The notes beneath the pieces were generated by a model. That model did not search any database. It worked only from the letters and a program-made list of their open reading frames with translations, and was not told the DNA's origin. Shown in pieces: positions 24,907-33,562 of a stretch of DNA of 64,000 nt (position 1 is its first letter; every line of letters starts with the position of its first letter). A program made the translations under genes and the position numbers. Source of the DNA: an uncultured Lachnospiraceae bacterium (lineage in GTDB: Bacteria > Bacillota > Clostridia > Christensenellales > UBA1242); contig CAYLHO010000001.1 in assembly GCA_964383665.1 (NCBI GenBank), forward strand, positions 166,921-230,920, given 5' to 3'.

Positions 24907-25936
24907 ATCTCAATTTAACTGCAGTTGATGCGTTTCGGCGAATGTCGTCGTCAATTGCCGCATAGTGTTTTTTCGTTGTGTTAACGTCTTTGTGTCCAAG
25001 AACGTCGGCAACAATGTAGATATCATGAGTTTCGCGATATAGGCTTGTTCCATAGGTGCTTCGAAGTTTATGAGGCGAAATTTTTTTAAGCGGAGTTACT
25101 GCTTGAGCATATTTCTTAACTAAATTTTCAACCGCGCGCGGGGTTATTCTTTTTCTTTGAAGAGAAAGGAAAAGTGCTTGCTCATCGGGATTTACGTCGG
25201 AAAGTTTTTCGCGAGCATTAAGCCATGTTATAAGGGCTTCCTTAATTTCGTTAGAGAAGTATAAAACGGTTTCATTTCCGCCTTTTCGCGTTATTTTAAA
25301 ACTGTTTGTTTCCAAATTTATGTCGGAAACATTAAGCCCAACAAGTTCGCTGATACGTATTCCTGTCCCAAGAAAGGTTGTTAGAATTGCAACATCTCGT
25401 TCGCGAGTTTTGCGATTGTATGTGATTTCCCTTTTCGTAAGATTTTCCGGGCATTCTGCCTCGTCGAGAAGGCGAGCGACTTCATCGGGTTCAAGACGAA
25501 TTATCTCCTTGTCGTGAATTTTTGGGGTTGCAATTTTGGTTATGACGTTTGAAGAAATAAGGTCGCTGTTAAAAAGAAACTTAAACAAACTTCGAATTGC
25601 TGAAAGTTTTCGTGCTTTGCCTTTTTCTTTGTTAATGTGAACTTTCCCGTCCTTTTCGAAGTAGGAAACGTAGCTTAAAAAACGTTCAACATCACGAGAT
25701 TTAAGGTTGTTAAGCTGGGAAAGTGTTATGTTGTTTGGTGAAACACCAAGAGTGTTTCCAAGATATGTGAAAAAGAGTTTTAAATCGGTTAGATAGTTAA
25801 CTCTAGTAAGCGGCGAGGTGTTGTTCTCAATTGATATAACAAAATCTTGAACGTATGATGGAAAAAACATAAGTTCTTGTTGAATTTTCTTTTGATTAAG
25901 AAGATCTCGTTGTGTGTGATAGCTGATGTTTGCCAT
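24905..25936 (-). CDS. XerS-like tyrosine site-specific recombinase
   Basis: 343-aa product. Catalytic residues are present: GIRISE (Arg), TRKGG (Lys), PHKLRST (His-x-x-Arg), LGHKDVNTTKKHY (His and Tyr). The central region (RERDVAILTTFLGTGIRISELVGLNVSDINLETNSFKITRKGG) closely parallels streptococcal XerS as I remember it. Confidence 0.75.
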   Translation of the reverse strand: MANISYHTQRDLLNQKKIQQELMFFPSYVQDFVISIENNTSPLTRVNYLTDLKLFFTYLGNTLGVSPNNITLSQLNNLKSRDVERFLSYVSYFEKDGKVHINKEKGKARKLSAIRSLFKFLFNSDLISSNVITKIATPKIHDKEIIRLEPDEVARLLDEAECPENLTKREITYNRKTRERDVAILTTFLGTGIRISELVGLNVSDINLETNSFKITRKGGNETVLYFSNEIKEALITWLNAREKLSDVNPDEQALFLSLQRKRITPRAVENLVKKYAQAVTPLKKISPHKLRSTYGTSLYRETHDIYIVADVLGHKDVNTTKKHYAAIDDDIRRNASTAVKLR

Positions 25937-25996
25937 GATTTAATTATGGTATAAAAAGTTAAGTTTTGTCAAATAATTTGAAAGGCAATATGGAAG

Positions 25997-26034
25997 ATTT
26001 TTGCATAACACACTAGATATTGTGTAATATGCAA
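25997..26034. other. candidate dif-like recombination site (imperfect palindrome) next to the XerS-like gene
   Basis: ATTTTTGCATAA-CACACTAGATA-TTGTGTAATATGCAA. The outer arms TTGCATAACACA and TGTGTAATATGCAA are inverted. It could alternatively be a promoter or operator. Confidence 0.3.
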
Positions 26035-26133
26035 CGCATAGCACACAAGCATGTTTAGAAAGTTTTTTATAACATTTGCAAAAGGGGTAAAATTGTTCTA
26101 TACTTGTTTTAAGTTACACACAAGGAGAAAAAT

Positions 26134-27423
26134 ATGATATCAATTGACTTAATTAAAAACGACCCTGAACGCGTTAACAGGGCGATTGAAAAAAGAGGAA
26201 TGAAAATTGATTTTAAACCTCTTTTGGAACTTGACAAGGAAAGAAGAGAAAATCTTGTTAAAGTTGACGAACTTAAAGCAAAAAGAAATGCGGAAAGTGC
26301 GAAAGTTCCTGCTTTGAAAAAGGAAGGAAAAGATTGCAGCGCAATTTTTGCGGAGATGAAAGAACTTGGCGAAGAAATTTCAAAGCTTGATGAAAAGGTT
26401 TCGGAACTTGAAAACAAAATTTTTGAATTTCTTGCTCCAATTCCAAACTTGGTTGACGAAGATATTATTGCCGGCGGGAAAGAGGCAAATGAGGAGCTTC
26501 GTGAGTTTGGCAAAAAGCCAGAGTTTAGTTTCAAACCTTTAAGCCACATCGACATTTGCAAACTTAACGGATTCATCGATTATGAACGCGGGGCAAAAAT
26601 TGCCGGAAACGGAAGCTGGGTTTACACAGGCGAAGGCGCAGAACTTGAATGGGCAATTTTGAATTTCTTTGTTTCTGAACATCTTGCCGATGGCTATCGT
26701 TTCATGTTGCCTCCACATATGCTTGGATATGAATGCGGCTTCGTTGCAGGGCAATTCCCTAAATTCGACAGTGAAGTTTATTGGCTTGACGAAAAATCAA
26801 AAACAAGCCGTTTCCTCCTTCCAACAGCGGAAACTCCACTTGCAAACTTATATCGCGGGGAAATTATCCCAGAAGAACAACTTCCAATTAAGATGTTTGC
26901 ATACACACCATGCTATCGCCGTGAGGCTGGAAGTTATCGCGCAGAGGAACGCGGAATGATTAGAGGACATCAATTTAACAAAGTTGAAATGTTCCAAATA
27001 ACAACACAAGATGGCTCGGACAAGGCTTTTGACGAACTTGTTATGAAAGCAGAAAACCTTGTTAAAAAACTTGGGCTTCATTTCAGAACTTCAAAACTTG
27101 CTGCGGAAGACGTTTCTGCAACAATGGCAAGAACATATGACATTGAAATTTGGATTCCAAGCATGGGAATTTACAAAGAAGTAAGTTCCGCATCGAATGC
27201 AAGAGACTATCAAGCACGTCGCGGAAACATTAGATATCGCAACAACGAAACAAAGAAAACAGAATTTGTCCACACTTTGAACGCTTCAGGGCTTGCAACA
27301 AGCCGTTTGTTCCCTGCAATTTTGGAACAATATCAAAATGAAGACGGAACGGTTCGTGTTCCAGAAGCTTTGCAACCTTTCATGCATGGCAAGAAAGTTA
27401 TTGGGAAAGGAAAGAACGCTTAA
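26134..27423 (+). CDS. serS: seryl-tRNA synthetase
   Basis: Coiled-coil N-terminal arm and class II motifs (YTPCYRREAGS, RGHQFNKVEMF, LNASGLATSR). Confidence 0.95.
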   Translation: MISIDLIKNDPERVNRAIEKRGMKIDFKPLLELDKERRENLVKVDELKAKRNAESAKVPALKKEGKDCSAIFAEMKELGEEISKLDEKVSELENKIFEFLAPIPNLVDEDIIAGGKEANEELREFGKKPEFSFKPLSHIDICKLNGFIDYERGAKIAGNGSWVYTGEGAELEWAILNFFVSEHLADGYRFMLPPHMLGYECGFVAGQFPKFDSEVYWLDEKSKTSRFLLPTAETPLANLYRGEIIPEEQLPIKMFAYTPCYRREAGSYRAEERGMIRGHQFNKVEMFQITTQDGSDKAFDELVMKAENLVKKLGLHFRTSKLAAEDVSATMARTYDIEIWIPSMGIYKEVSSASNARDYQARRGNIRYRNNETKKTEFVHTLNASGLATSRLFPAILEQYQNEDGTVRVPEALQPFMHGKKVIGKGKNA

Positions 27424-28443
27424 ATGCCAAAAGACAGAAACATAATCGACAGGGGAATGATTGAGGAGTTTGCGCAAGATATTTCAAGCGAAAAAGCGCG
27501 AAGTGTTTTTTATGCGTTAAGTGATAAACTTGACGAAGTTTCAGCAGAACTTTCGCAAACTAATGTTCTCATTCAAGAACAGAATGTTGAGTTGTTTTTG
27601 GCGGGGGATTTCTTAACTGAAACATTAACTCAAGTTTCAGAGTTAAATTTTTATCTTTCAATTCGAAATGCTCAAGTTGAATTGAATTCTGTTGATTTAA
27701 TGACGAACAGATTCAAAATTTTTTGGAACAAAGTTAAAAAAGCATGGAAAAACAGGAACAAAAATTCAGCAAGAGCAAGAAAGAAAGAGGCAAAGAAAAT
27801 TAAAAAGGCAAACTCGCAGATAACAGAAACGCAACTTCGCGAGAAAAAAGAAAAGCCATATTCGCTTGTCGATTTTAAAATGGATTTCTATGATGGACTT
27901 GCAACGAAGTTGACTAATTTAACAGTTTTATACAACTATGAAGATAAAATTCGAATTATTGGGCGAGACGAGTTTGGATATCGAATTAATCTTTTTCCGG
28001 TTATAAAGCATGACGATTTTTTCAGAATTTGGGACGCAGAAAGAAATAAGTTTAAAGAAATAAGACCTTTCGAGGCGAAATCAATCCTTGAAAAAAAAGA
28101 GAAAGAAATTGCGGGGCTAACGCCGCTTGGAAAGGAAAATGGCGAAATCCTTTATGAGATTATAAGAATTTTTAAGATTTTGTTCTATAACCTCGAAAAA
28201 TCGAACGACTATCAATTTATTGAAAGTTTGATCAACTTTGTTCCTTCCTCGCTCTTTAAATATGAAAACGAAGAACACCATTCTTACAATGTTTTTATTA
28301 AGGTTCTTAATTATCTTTCAAATTCACCACTTTCCGAAATTCGTTCAATCTACAATCAAGAAAAAACAATTTATATGCAAGAAGGTGTTTCGGTTTTAAC
28401 AATTCGTTCCTTCCTTAAGGAAATTAAAAATTGTTTAGGATAA
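27424..28443 (+). CDS. hypothetical protein (coiled-coil N-terminus, Lys-rich linker, ~190-aa C-terminal domain of unknown function)
   Basis: The ATG directly abuts the serS TAA (TAAATG). The 339-aa translation looks protein-like. I recognise no catalytic motif. Confidence 0.6.
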   Translation: MPKDRNIIDRGMIEEFAQDISSEKARSVFYALSDKLDEVSAELSQTNVLIQEQNVELFLAGDFLTETLTQVSELNFYLSIRNAQVELNSVDLMTNRFKIFWNKVKKAWKNRNKNSARARKKEAKKIKKANSQITETQLREKKEKPYSLVDFKMDFYDGLATKLTNLTVLYNYEDKIRIIGRDEFGYRINLFPVIKHDDFFRIWDAERNKFKEIRPFEAKSILEKKEKEIAGLTPLGKENGEILYEIIRIFKILFYNLEKSNDYQFIESLINFVPSSLFKYENEEHHSYNVFIKVLNYLSNSPLSEIRSIYNQEKTIYMQEGVSVLTIRSFLKEIKNCLG

Positions 28444-28475
28444 TAAAAAAACTCAAGCGAAAGCTTGAGTTTTTA
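28444..28475. terminator. bidirectional terminator at the point where gene orientation flips
   Basis: A7, 8-bp stem ACTCAAGC/GCTTGAGT, then T4. Confidence 0.8.
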
Positions 28476-29741
28476 TTTGCAGCTTAACTTGACAAGTGTT
28501 TCAACATGAGAAGTTTGAGGGAACATGTCGAAGGGTTGAATTTCCTTAATTTCGTATGTTTCACAAAGAATTTTTAGGTCACGCGAAAGCGTTGATGGAT
28601 TGCAAGAAAGATAGATTAAGTTTGGAATTTTAACCGAACAAACAAGGCTTAAAATTGATTTGTCAATTCCAGCTCTTGGCGGGTCGAAAACAATGTGGGA
28701 AATCGTTTCGTCTTTAAGAATTTTTGGAATTTCAACTTTGCAATCGCCGCATATGTTATGAATGTTTAATAGGTTATTTCTTTTAATCATCTCGCCGCAA
28801 TCAAAACTTGCCGATTGATTAATTTCAATTGAAAAAACCTCGCCTGCTTTTCGAGAAAGAATTGAACTTAAAAAACCTGTTCCGCCATATGCGTTAATAA
28901 TTTTTCCTTGTTTAACCTCATCGCAAATTTCTTCATAGATCATGTTTTGAACTTCCTCATTAACTTGAAGGAAAGATGAGGGCGAAATTTTGTTTTCAAT
29001 CCCAAGAATGTTATATGTTTGCGATTCTTCTCCGCTGATGTTAAAAATGCAATTCGTTATGTTTGAACTGTTTTGAATTTTGTTGATTGAAAGGTTAATT
29101 GAAAAATCAATCCCAAGGTTTTCAAGAGAAGAAATTAAAAGCTCTTTTTGTTTGAATTCGTTAACGTTTGAAACAAAAGTAAGTTGAAAGGTCTTTCCTA
29201 AAATGCGAATGTGAAGCGCTTTGAAATTGTTGTTTGAAAGAGAAATAAAATTGTTGATTGTTTTAATAAGTTCTGTTAAATCAGCTTTGAAAAGAGGGCA
29301 GTTTTCAACCTCAATTTTGTCCGTGTCATTTGCAATAAAACATAGTTTATTGTTTGAAATTGAGAAGTTAACCTTGTTGCGATAGTGAAATTCATTTGCA
29401 GACAAGCAGTTTTTAACATTAACGTTTGTTTTAAGAGCGCGCGATAAAATATTTTTAACTTGATTTGTTTTAAATTCAAGCTGAAGATTTTTACTCATGT
29501 GTTGAAGTTGGCAGCCTCCGCAAATTCCAAAATACTTACATTTTGGTTTTGTTCGATTTGGCGATTTTTCAATTACTGAATTAAGCTTGCAAACGCAGAA
29601 GTTTTTTTCTTTCCTTAAAATTTCAAATTTAACCCTTTCGCCTTTAATCGAAAAAGGGACGAAACAAACAACGCAATTGTTTTTAACAATTCCGTTTCCA
29701 TTAATTCCGTTGTCAACAACTGTTCCTTCAAAAAAATTCAT
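28473..29741 (-). CDS. 23S rRNA (uracil-5-)-methyltransferase, RumA/RlmCD family
   Basis: Start is the ATG at 29741; the longer ORF would run through the tRNA-Leu gene. Features are a TRAM-like N-terminus, the Fe-S Cys cluster CKYFGICGGCQLQH, and the SAM fold with DPPRAG and SCNPST. Confidence 0.82.
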   Translation of the reverse strand: MNFFEGTVVDNGINGNGIVKNNCVVCFVPFSIKGERVKFEILRKEKNFCVCKLNSVIEKSPNRTKPKCKYFGICGGCQLQHMSKNLQLEFKTNQVKNILSRALKTNVNVKNCLSANEFHYRNKVNFSISNNKLCFIANDTDKIEVENCPLFKADLTELIKTINNFISLSNNNFKALHIRILGKTFQLTFVSNVNEFKQKELLISSLENLGIDFSINLSINKIQNSSNITNCIFNISGEESQTYNILGIENKISPSSFLQVNEEVQNMIYEEICDEVKQGKIINAYGGTGFLSSILSRKAGEVFSIEINQSASFDCGEMIKRNNLLNIHNICGDCKVEIPKILKDETISHIVFDPPRAGIDKSILSLVCSVKIPNLIYLSCNPSTLSRDLKILCETYEIKEIQPFDMFPQTSHVETLVKLSCK

Positions 29742-29747
29742 AAAAAA

Positions 29748-29836
29748 TGGTGCGGAAAACAGGGTTTGAACCTGCAAGGGATTTAACTCCCACAAGAATC
29801 TGAATCTTGCGCGTTTGCCAATTTCGCCATTTCCGC
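29748..29836 (-). tRNA. tRNA-Leu (anticodon CAG), CCA encoded
   Basis: The reverse complement folds as acceptor GCGGAAA/TTTCCGC, D stem GCG/CGC, anticodon arm CAAGA-TTCAGAT-TCTTG, long variable arm GGGA..TCCC, and T arm GCAGG-TTCAAAC-CCTGT. Confidence 0.85.
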
Positions 29837-29858
29837 ATTATAAAAGGGCATTTGCCCT

Positions 29859-30302
29859 TTATTCGGCCTCAACAACAACTTTAAAAACTGCTGAAATTTC
29901 AGGGTAGATTTTTGCAGTTATTGAATATGTTCCGGCGTTTTTGATTGGGGAGGCAAGAACAATTTTTTTCTTATCAAGTTCAACACCTTGCGCAAGAAGA
30001 GCATTTGAAATTTCTTGGGAGGTTATGCTTCCAAAAATTTTCCCATTCTCGCCGCATTTAACTTTAAGATAAACTGTTTTTGTTTTAACAACTTCTGCCA
30101 ATGCTTTTGCGTTCGCAATTTCAACCGATTTATGATAGGCGCTTGCCTCTTTTTGTTGCTTGTTTTCGTTAAGAGCAACAGAAGAAGCCTCTTTTGCAAG
30201 ACCTTGCTTAAGAAGGAAGTTTCTTGCGTATCCGTCGGAAACGTTAACAATTTCGCCTTTTTTTCCGCTTCCTTTAACATCTTTTAGCAATATAACTTTC
30301 AT
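29859..30302 (-). CDS. rplI: 50S ribosomal protein L9
   Basis: [30 protein letters not shown]. Confidence 0.93.
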   Translation of the reverse strand: MKVILLKDVKGSGKKGEIVNVSDGYARNFLLKQGLAKEASSVALNENKQQKEASAYHKSVEIANAKALAEVVKTKTVYLKVKCGENGKIFGSITSQEISNALLAQGVELDKKKIVLASPIKNAGTYSITAKIYPEISAVFKVVVEAE

Positions 30303-30426
30303 AAATTTTCTCCTTAATTAATTTTAAAACAAAAATTAAGATAATGTCAAGGGAAAGTGTTGAATAATAGGGCAGGAGATGGAAAAAATAACAATATATA
30401 AGCAAAAAAATAAGGAGAAGGCAAAT

Positions 30427-30834
30427 ATGGATATTAGATGCAGAAAAACAACATGTGAATTTAACAATAATCACACGTGCATTGCAAAGGAAATTTCAAT
30501 TGGCGAAAACATTTGTTGTTCGTCCTATCAACTTGCAGAAGAACTTTCTGGAACTCCAGATAAAAAGCAGGGGAAACACAACAACAAAAAAGTTATGGAC
30601 AACACGAAAAACATGTCGAACAGGGAAGTTTCAAAACTTAAAACAGAGGATTATTCGAAGAAAATGTTTGAGAAGGAACAGAAAAATGCTCCGTTTCGAA
30701 ACCGAAAAACAATTAATATAGATTGCAGCGCGAATTGTTTATTTAATAACAACGGAGTTTGCCGAGCAAATGGAATAACCGTTAACGACACGCAAAATGA
30801 AAGCCCGGTTTGCATGGGATTTTTAGAAAAATAA
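30427..30834 (+). CDS. Cys-rich protein with two DUF1540-like modules
   Basis: Start is the ATG at 30427, 9 nt after AAGGAG. The modules are IRCRKTTCEFNNNHTCIAKEISIGENICCSSY and IDCSANCLFNNNGVCRANGITVNDTQNESPVCMGF. Confidence 0.65.
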   Translation: MDIRCRKTTCEFNNNHTCIAKEISIGENICCSSYQLAEELSGTPDKKQGKHNNKKVMDNTKNMSNREVSKLKTEDYSKKMFEKEQKNAPFRNRKTINIDCSANCLFNNNGVCRANGITVNDTQNESPVCMGFLEK

Positions 30835-31079
30835 ACAAAAGGTTACCCTTAATTTAAGGTGCCTTTTTTGATTATGTCGACAAAAAATTGGAGAGAGCAC
30901 CATTTAAAGAAAGATAAAATCTATTCGTAAAAGACACATTTTGCGAATAGATAGGGGTGTTTTCGCGCGGTTTTTCGCGTTTTTGCAATTTTTTATCATT
31001 ATTTGGTTTTTTATAATTTTGTTGATTTGTGTTTATCACATAATGTACTATGCAAAAAAAAATAAGCAAAACAATTTGC

Positions 31080-31625
31080 TTATTTTCTGTTTATAAGGTT
31101 TTCAATAATTTGAACGGTCTTTTCCGGATTATCGTTTTGGATTATTAAATTGTAGTTTGGCCTGTGTGCGCGTTCGAAATCGAATCGATCCATTCTCTTT
31201 TCAATTTCTTCTTTTTTGTCGCCCCGATTTGTAAGTCTGCTTATAAGTTCACTTTTTTGAACGTCAAGGAAAATTGAAATGACTTTAACTTTGTTTGAAA
31301 GGCGCGAAACCATGTTCTTTTGTCCAATAACGCCAATATCCTTAATAAAATTATCTTCAGAATTTATAACATTATTGATTGTTTCGGAAAGCAAACCATA
31401 GTAATTTCCATGAATTTCCTCATATTCAAAAAGTTCATTGTTTTTGATTTTTTTCTCAAAATCTTCTTTTGTTAGATGAATATAGGCATGAGTTAATTCA
31501 TCTCTTTGCTCTTTTGCGCGCGATGTGCAAGACTGAAGATATTGCAAATTTGGGTTTCTATCAAGCAAAAGGTTTATGATTGTGTTTTTTCCTGAACCCG
31601 AGCAACCAGAAAGTAAAATTAACAT
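31080..31625 (-). CDS. guanylate kinase-like P-loop kinase
   Basis: P-loop GCSGSGKNT, plus YIHLTKEDFEKKIKNNELFEYEEIHGNYYG, which resembles the GMP-binding region. Confidence 0.68.
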   Translation of the reverse strand: MLILLSGCSGSGKNTIINLLLDRNPNLQYLQSCTSRAKEQRDELTHAYIHLTKEDFEKKIKNNELFEYEEIHGNYYGLLSETINNVINSEDNFIKDIGVIGQKNMVSRLSNKVKVISIFLDVQKSELISRLTNRGDKKEEIEKRMDRFDFERAHRPNYNLIIQNDNPEKTVQIIENLINRK

Positions 31626-31688
31626 AAAAAAACTCCTTTAATCAAGTTAAATTGTAACTTTTTTAAAGGAGCTTGTCAACTAAAAGGC

Positions 31689-32846
31689 TTACCAGCGAGA
31701 AATAATTTCTTTTAAACTTTCGCCGTATGTTATTGCAGGAATTTCTTCGTTAACAATGAGGTTTATTTCCTTAATAACAACCCCGTCTTTTGTTATTTTA
31801 AGCGTTCCAACAACGTTTGATGGCGAAAGAGGTGCTTTAACTTTATCATTTAACTCAATTGCCATTTCATAAGTTGAATTATCGCCTTTTCTTGAAACAA
31901 CAAAGAAGTTTTCTTCAGCAAAAACAGGCGCATTTTTTGTTTTGCTTTTTAAAATTTCTGTTGAAGCAATTGGTGTTTCATTTGAAATAAGTTGCTTGTT
32001 TTCAAAGTTTGCAAAGCCAAAATTAAGCAATTTTGAGGTTTCATTGAAACGATCGGTTGTTGACTTTGCGCCAAGAACAACGCCAATTAATCGCATGTTC
32101 CCGCGTTTTGCCGTTGCTGTTAAGCAAAAGCCGGCTTCATCTGTTGACCCTGTTTTGCCCCCGTCGCAGCCCTTAAAATACCTTATTAATTTGTTTGTGT
32201 TAACAACATCTGTTTCTCGCCCAGATGGATGAACGAGTTTGTCCATCCAAATTGTGCTATAGTCGAAATATTTTTTGTGGGACATAACAATTCTAGTAAG
32301 TTTTGCAACATCGCGTGCTGTTGAGTGTTGTCCTGGTTCTGGAAGTCCGCTTGCGTTTGCATAAACAGTGTTTGTAAGCCCAAGTTCTTTTGCTTTTTCA
32401 TTCATCTTTTTAACAAATGCATCTTCAGTTCCCGAGATTTTTTCTGCAAGCGCAACACTTGCGTCGTTTGCCGATGCAACAATAACGCTTTTAAGCATTT
32501 CGTCAACTGTGTAGTCAACATAAGGATCAATAAAAACTTGACTTCCGCCCATTCCCGATGCATTTTCTGTTGTTGTAAGTTTTTCATCAAGGCTAAGACG
32601 CCCAGCATCAATTTCTTCAAATGTCAAAAGAGTTGTCATAAGTTTAACAATGCTTGCAACCTCAACTTTTTCGTCGGCATTTTGTTCGAAAAGAACGTCG
32701 CCAGAATCGAAATCAACAAGGATTGCCGATCGACCTTTAACAGAAAGTTCTTTTTCTTCGGCTTCAACATTTGCTATTCTAACACAAGATAGTGCGCATA
32801 CTATGCATATAATACCACAACATATTCTAAGGTATAATTTTTTCAT
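31689..32846 (-). CDS. D-alanyl-D-alanine carboxypeptidase (S11 PBP, DacB/DacF-like)
   Basis: Signal peptide, SxxK (ASIVK), SxN (SAND) and KTG (GKTGST). Confidence 0.87.
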   Translation of the reverse strand: MKKLYLRICCGIICIVCALSCVRIANVEAEEKELSVKGRSAILVDFDSGDVLFEQNADEKVEVASIVKLMTTLLTFEEIDAGRLSLDEKLTTTENASGMGGSQVFIDPYVDYTVDEMLKSVIVASANDASVALAEKISGTEDAFVKKMNEKAKELGLTNTVYANASGLPEPGQHSTARDVAKLTRIVMSHKKYFDYSTIWMDKLVHPSGRETDVVNTNKLIRYFKGCDGGKTGSTDEAGFCLTATAKRGNMRLIGVVLGAKSTTDRFNETSKLLNFGFANFENKQLISNETPIASTEILKSKTKNAPVFAEENFFVVSRKGDNSTYEMAIELNDKVKAPLSPSNVVGTLKITKDGVVIKEINLIVNEEIPAITYGESLKEIISRW

Positions 32847-32905
32847 CTCAAATCTGCTCCTTTTAAAATCTGGAATTAGTTTGAGAATATGTTAAAAAAA
32901 TATAC

Positions 32906-33523
32906 CTATAAAACCAAAATTATTCTGCTTGAAAAAAGATATAGCAAAAGCGTTTCGATGCAATTAACAATTAAAAGCGCAATGAAACACAACAAGAGTT
33001 TATCCCAAATTTTGCATGTTGTTCCATATTTCTTTTTTAGAACTGCTCTTTTGCAAGAAAACGAGCAAAAAAGAGCAAGAATTAAAAGTCCAATAAGTTG
33101 GCAAGGAATTATTATAAGAAGGCAGGTTAAAATTCCGCTAAGTCCGTTAACAATAATAATTAACGAGCAGTTAAGCGAAAGCAAGTATGCGCGATATGTT
33201 ATAAGGAAAAAGCCAACAGGCAAAAGAAAAACACTTAACGATGAAACGAAAATTATAAGTGTGCAAATTGTTGTTGAAAAAAGCCGCGAAAGAAACAGAT
33301 CGCGTGTTCCAAGGTCTCCTGAAAGATATTGAGAAAGCGAAAAATCATTAAAGCAAACAAGGCTTTCGCCATTTCCATATCTAATTGCCGTGAAAATTCC
33401 AGTTAAAAGACCAATCAATGCGAAAATTACGAGAAAAAAAGTTGTTTTCTTGTGTTGGTTAACAGCATCAAATAATTTGTATTTAAGTTCGCCAAATTTT
33501 CTCGACATTGAGAAGTTTTTCAT
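32906..33523 (-). CDS. polytopic membrane protein, SpoIIM (DUF95)-like
   Basis: 205-aa product with about 5 TM helices. Size and topology match SpoIIM, and it sits between spoIVB and a sporulation-type PBP. The sequence match is only approximate. Confidence 0.42.
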   Translation of the reverse strand: MKNFSMSRKFGELKYKLFDAVNQHKKTTFFLVIFALIGLLTGIFTAIRYGNGESLVCFNDFSLSQYLSGDLGTRDLFLSRLFSTTICTLIIFVSSLSVFLLPVGFFLITYRAYLLSLNCSLIIIVNGLSGILTCLLIIIPCQLIGLLILALFCSFSCKRAVLKKKYGTTCKIWDKLLLCFIALLIVNCIETLLLYLFSSRIILVL

Positions 33524-33562
33524 GCTTTAATATATTCATATTTTCGACATAAAATGACAAAA

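Noticed and set aside
30872-31069. 65-aa minus-strand ORF and a possible sRNA in the 245-bp convergent gap between the DUF1540 gene and the gmk-like gene
   Set aside because: The ORF starts at a TTG inside a terminator and gives an implausible translation. The gap does contain an 8-bp hairpin (TCTATTCG/CGAATAGA, 30920-30951), but I could not pair it with a convincing promoter on either strand.
32889-33332. 147-aa + strand ORF opposite the SpoIIM-like membrane protein gene
   Set aside because: Its translation is Lys/Arg-rich, as expected for the antisense of a hydrophobic-protein gene. The minus-strand product has coherent TM helices and operon context.
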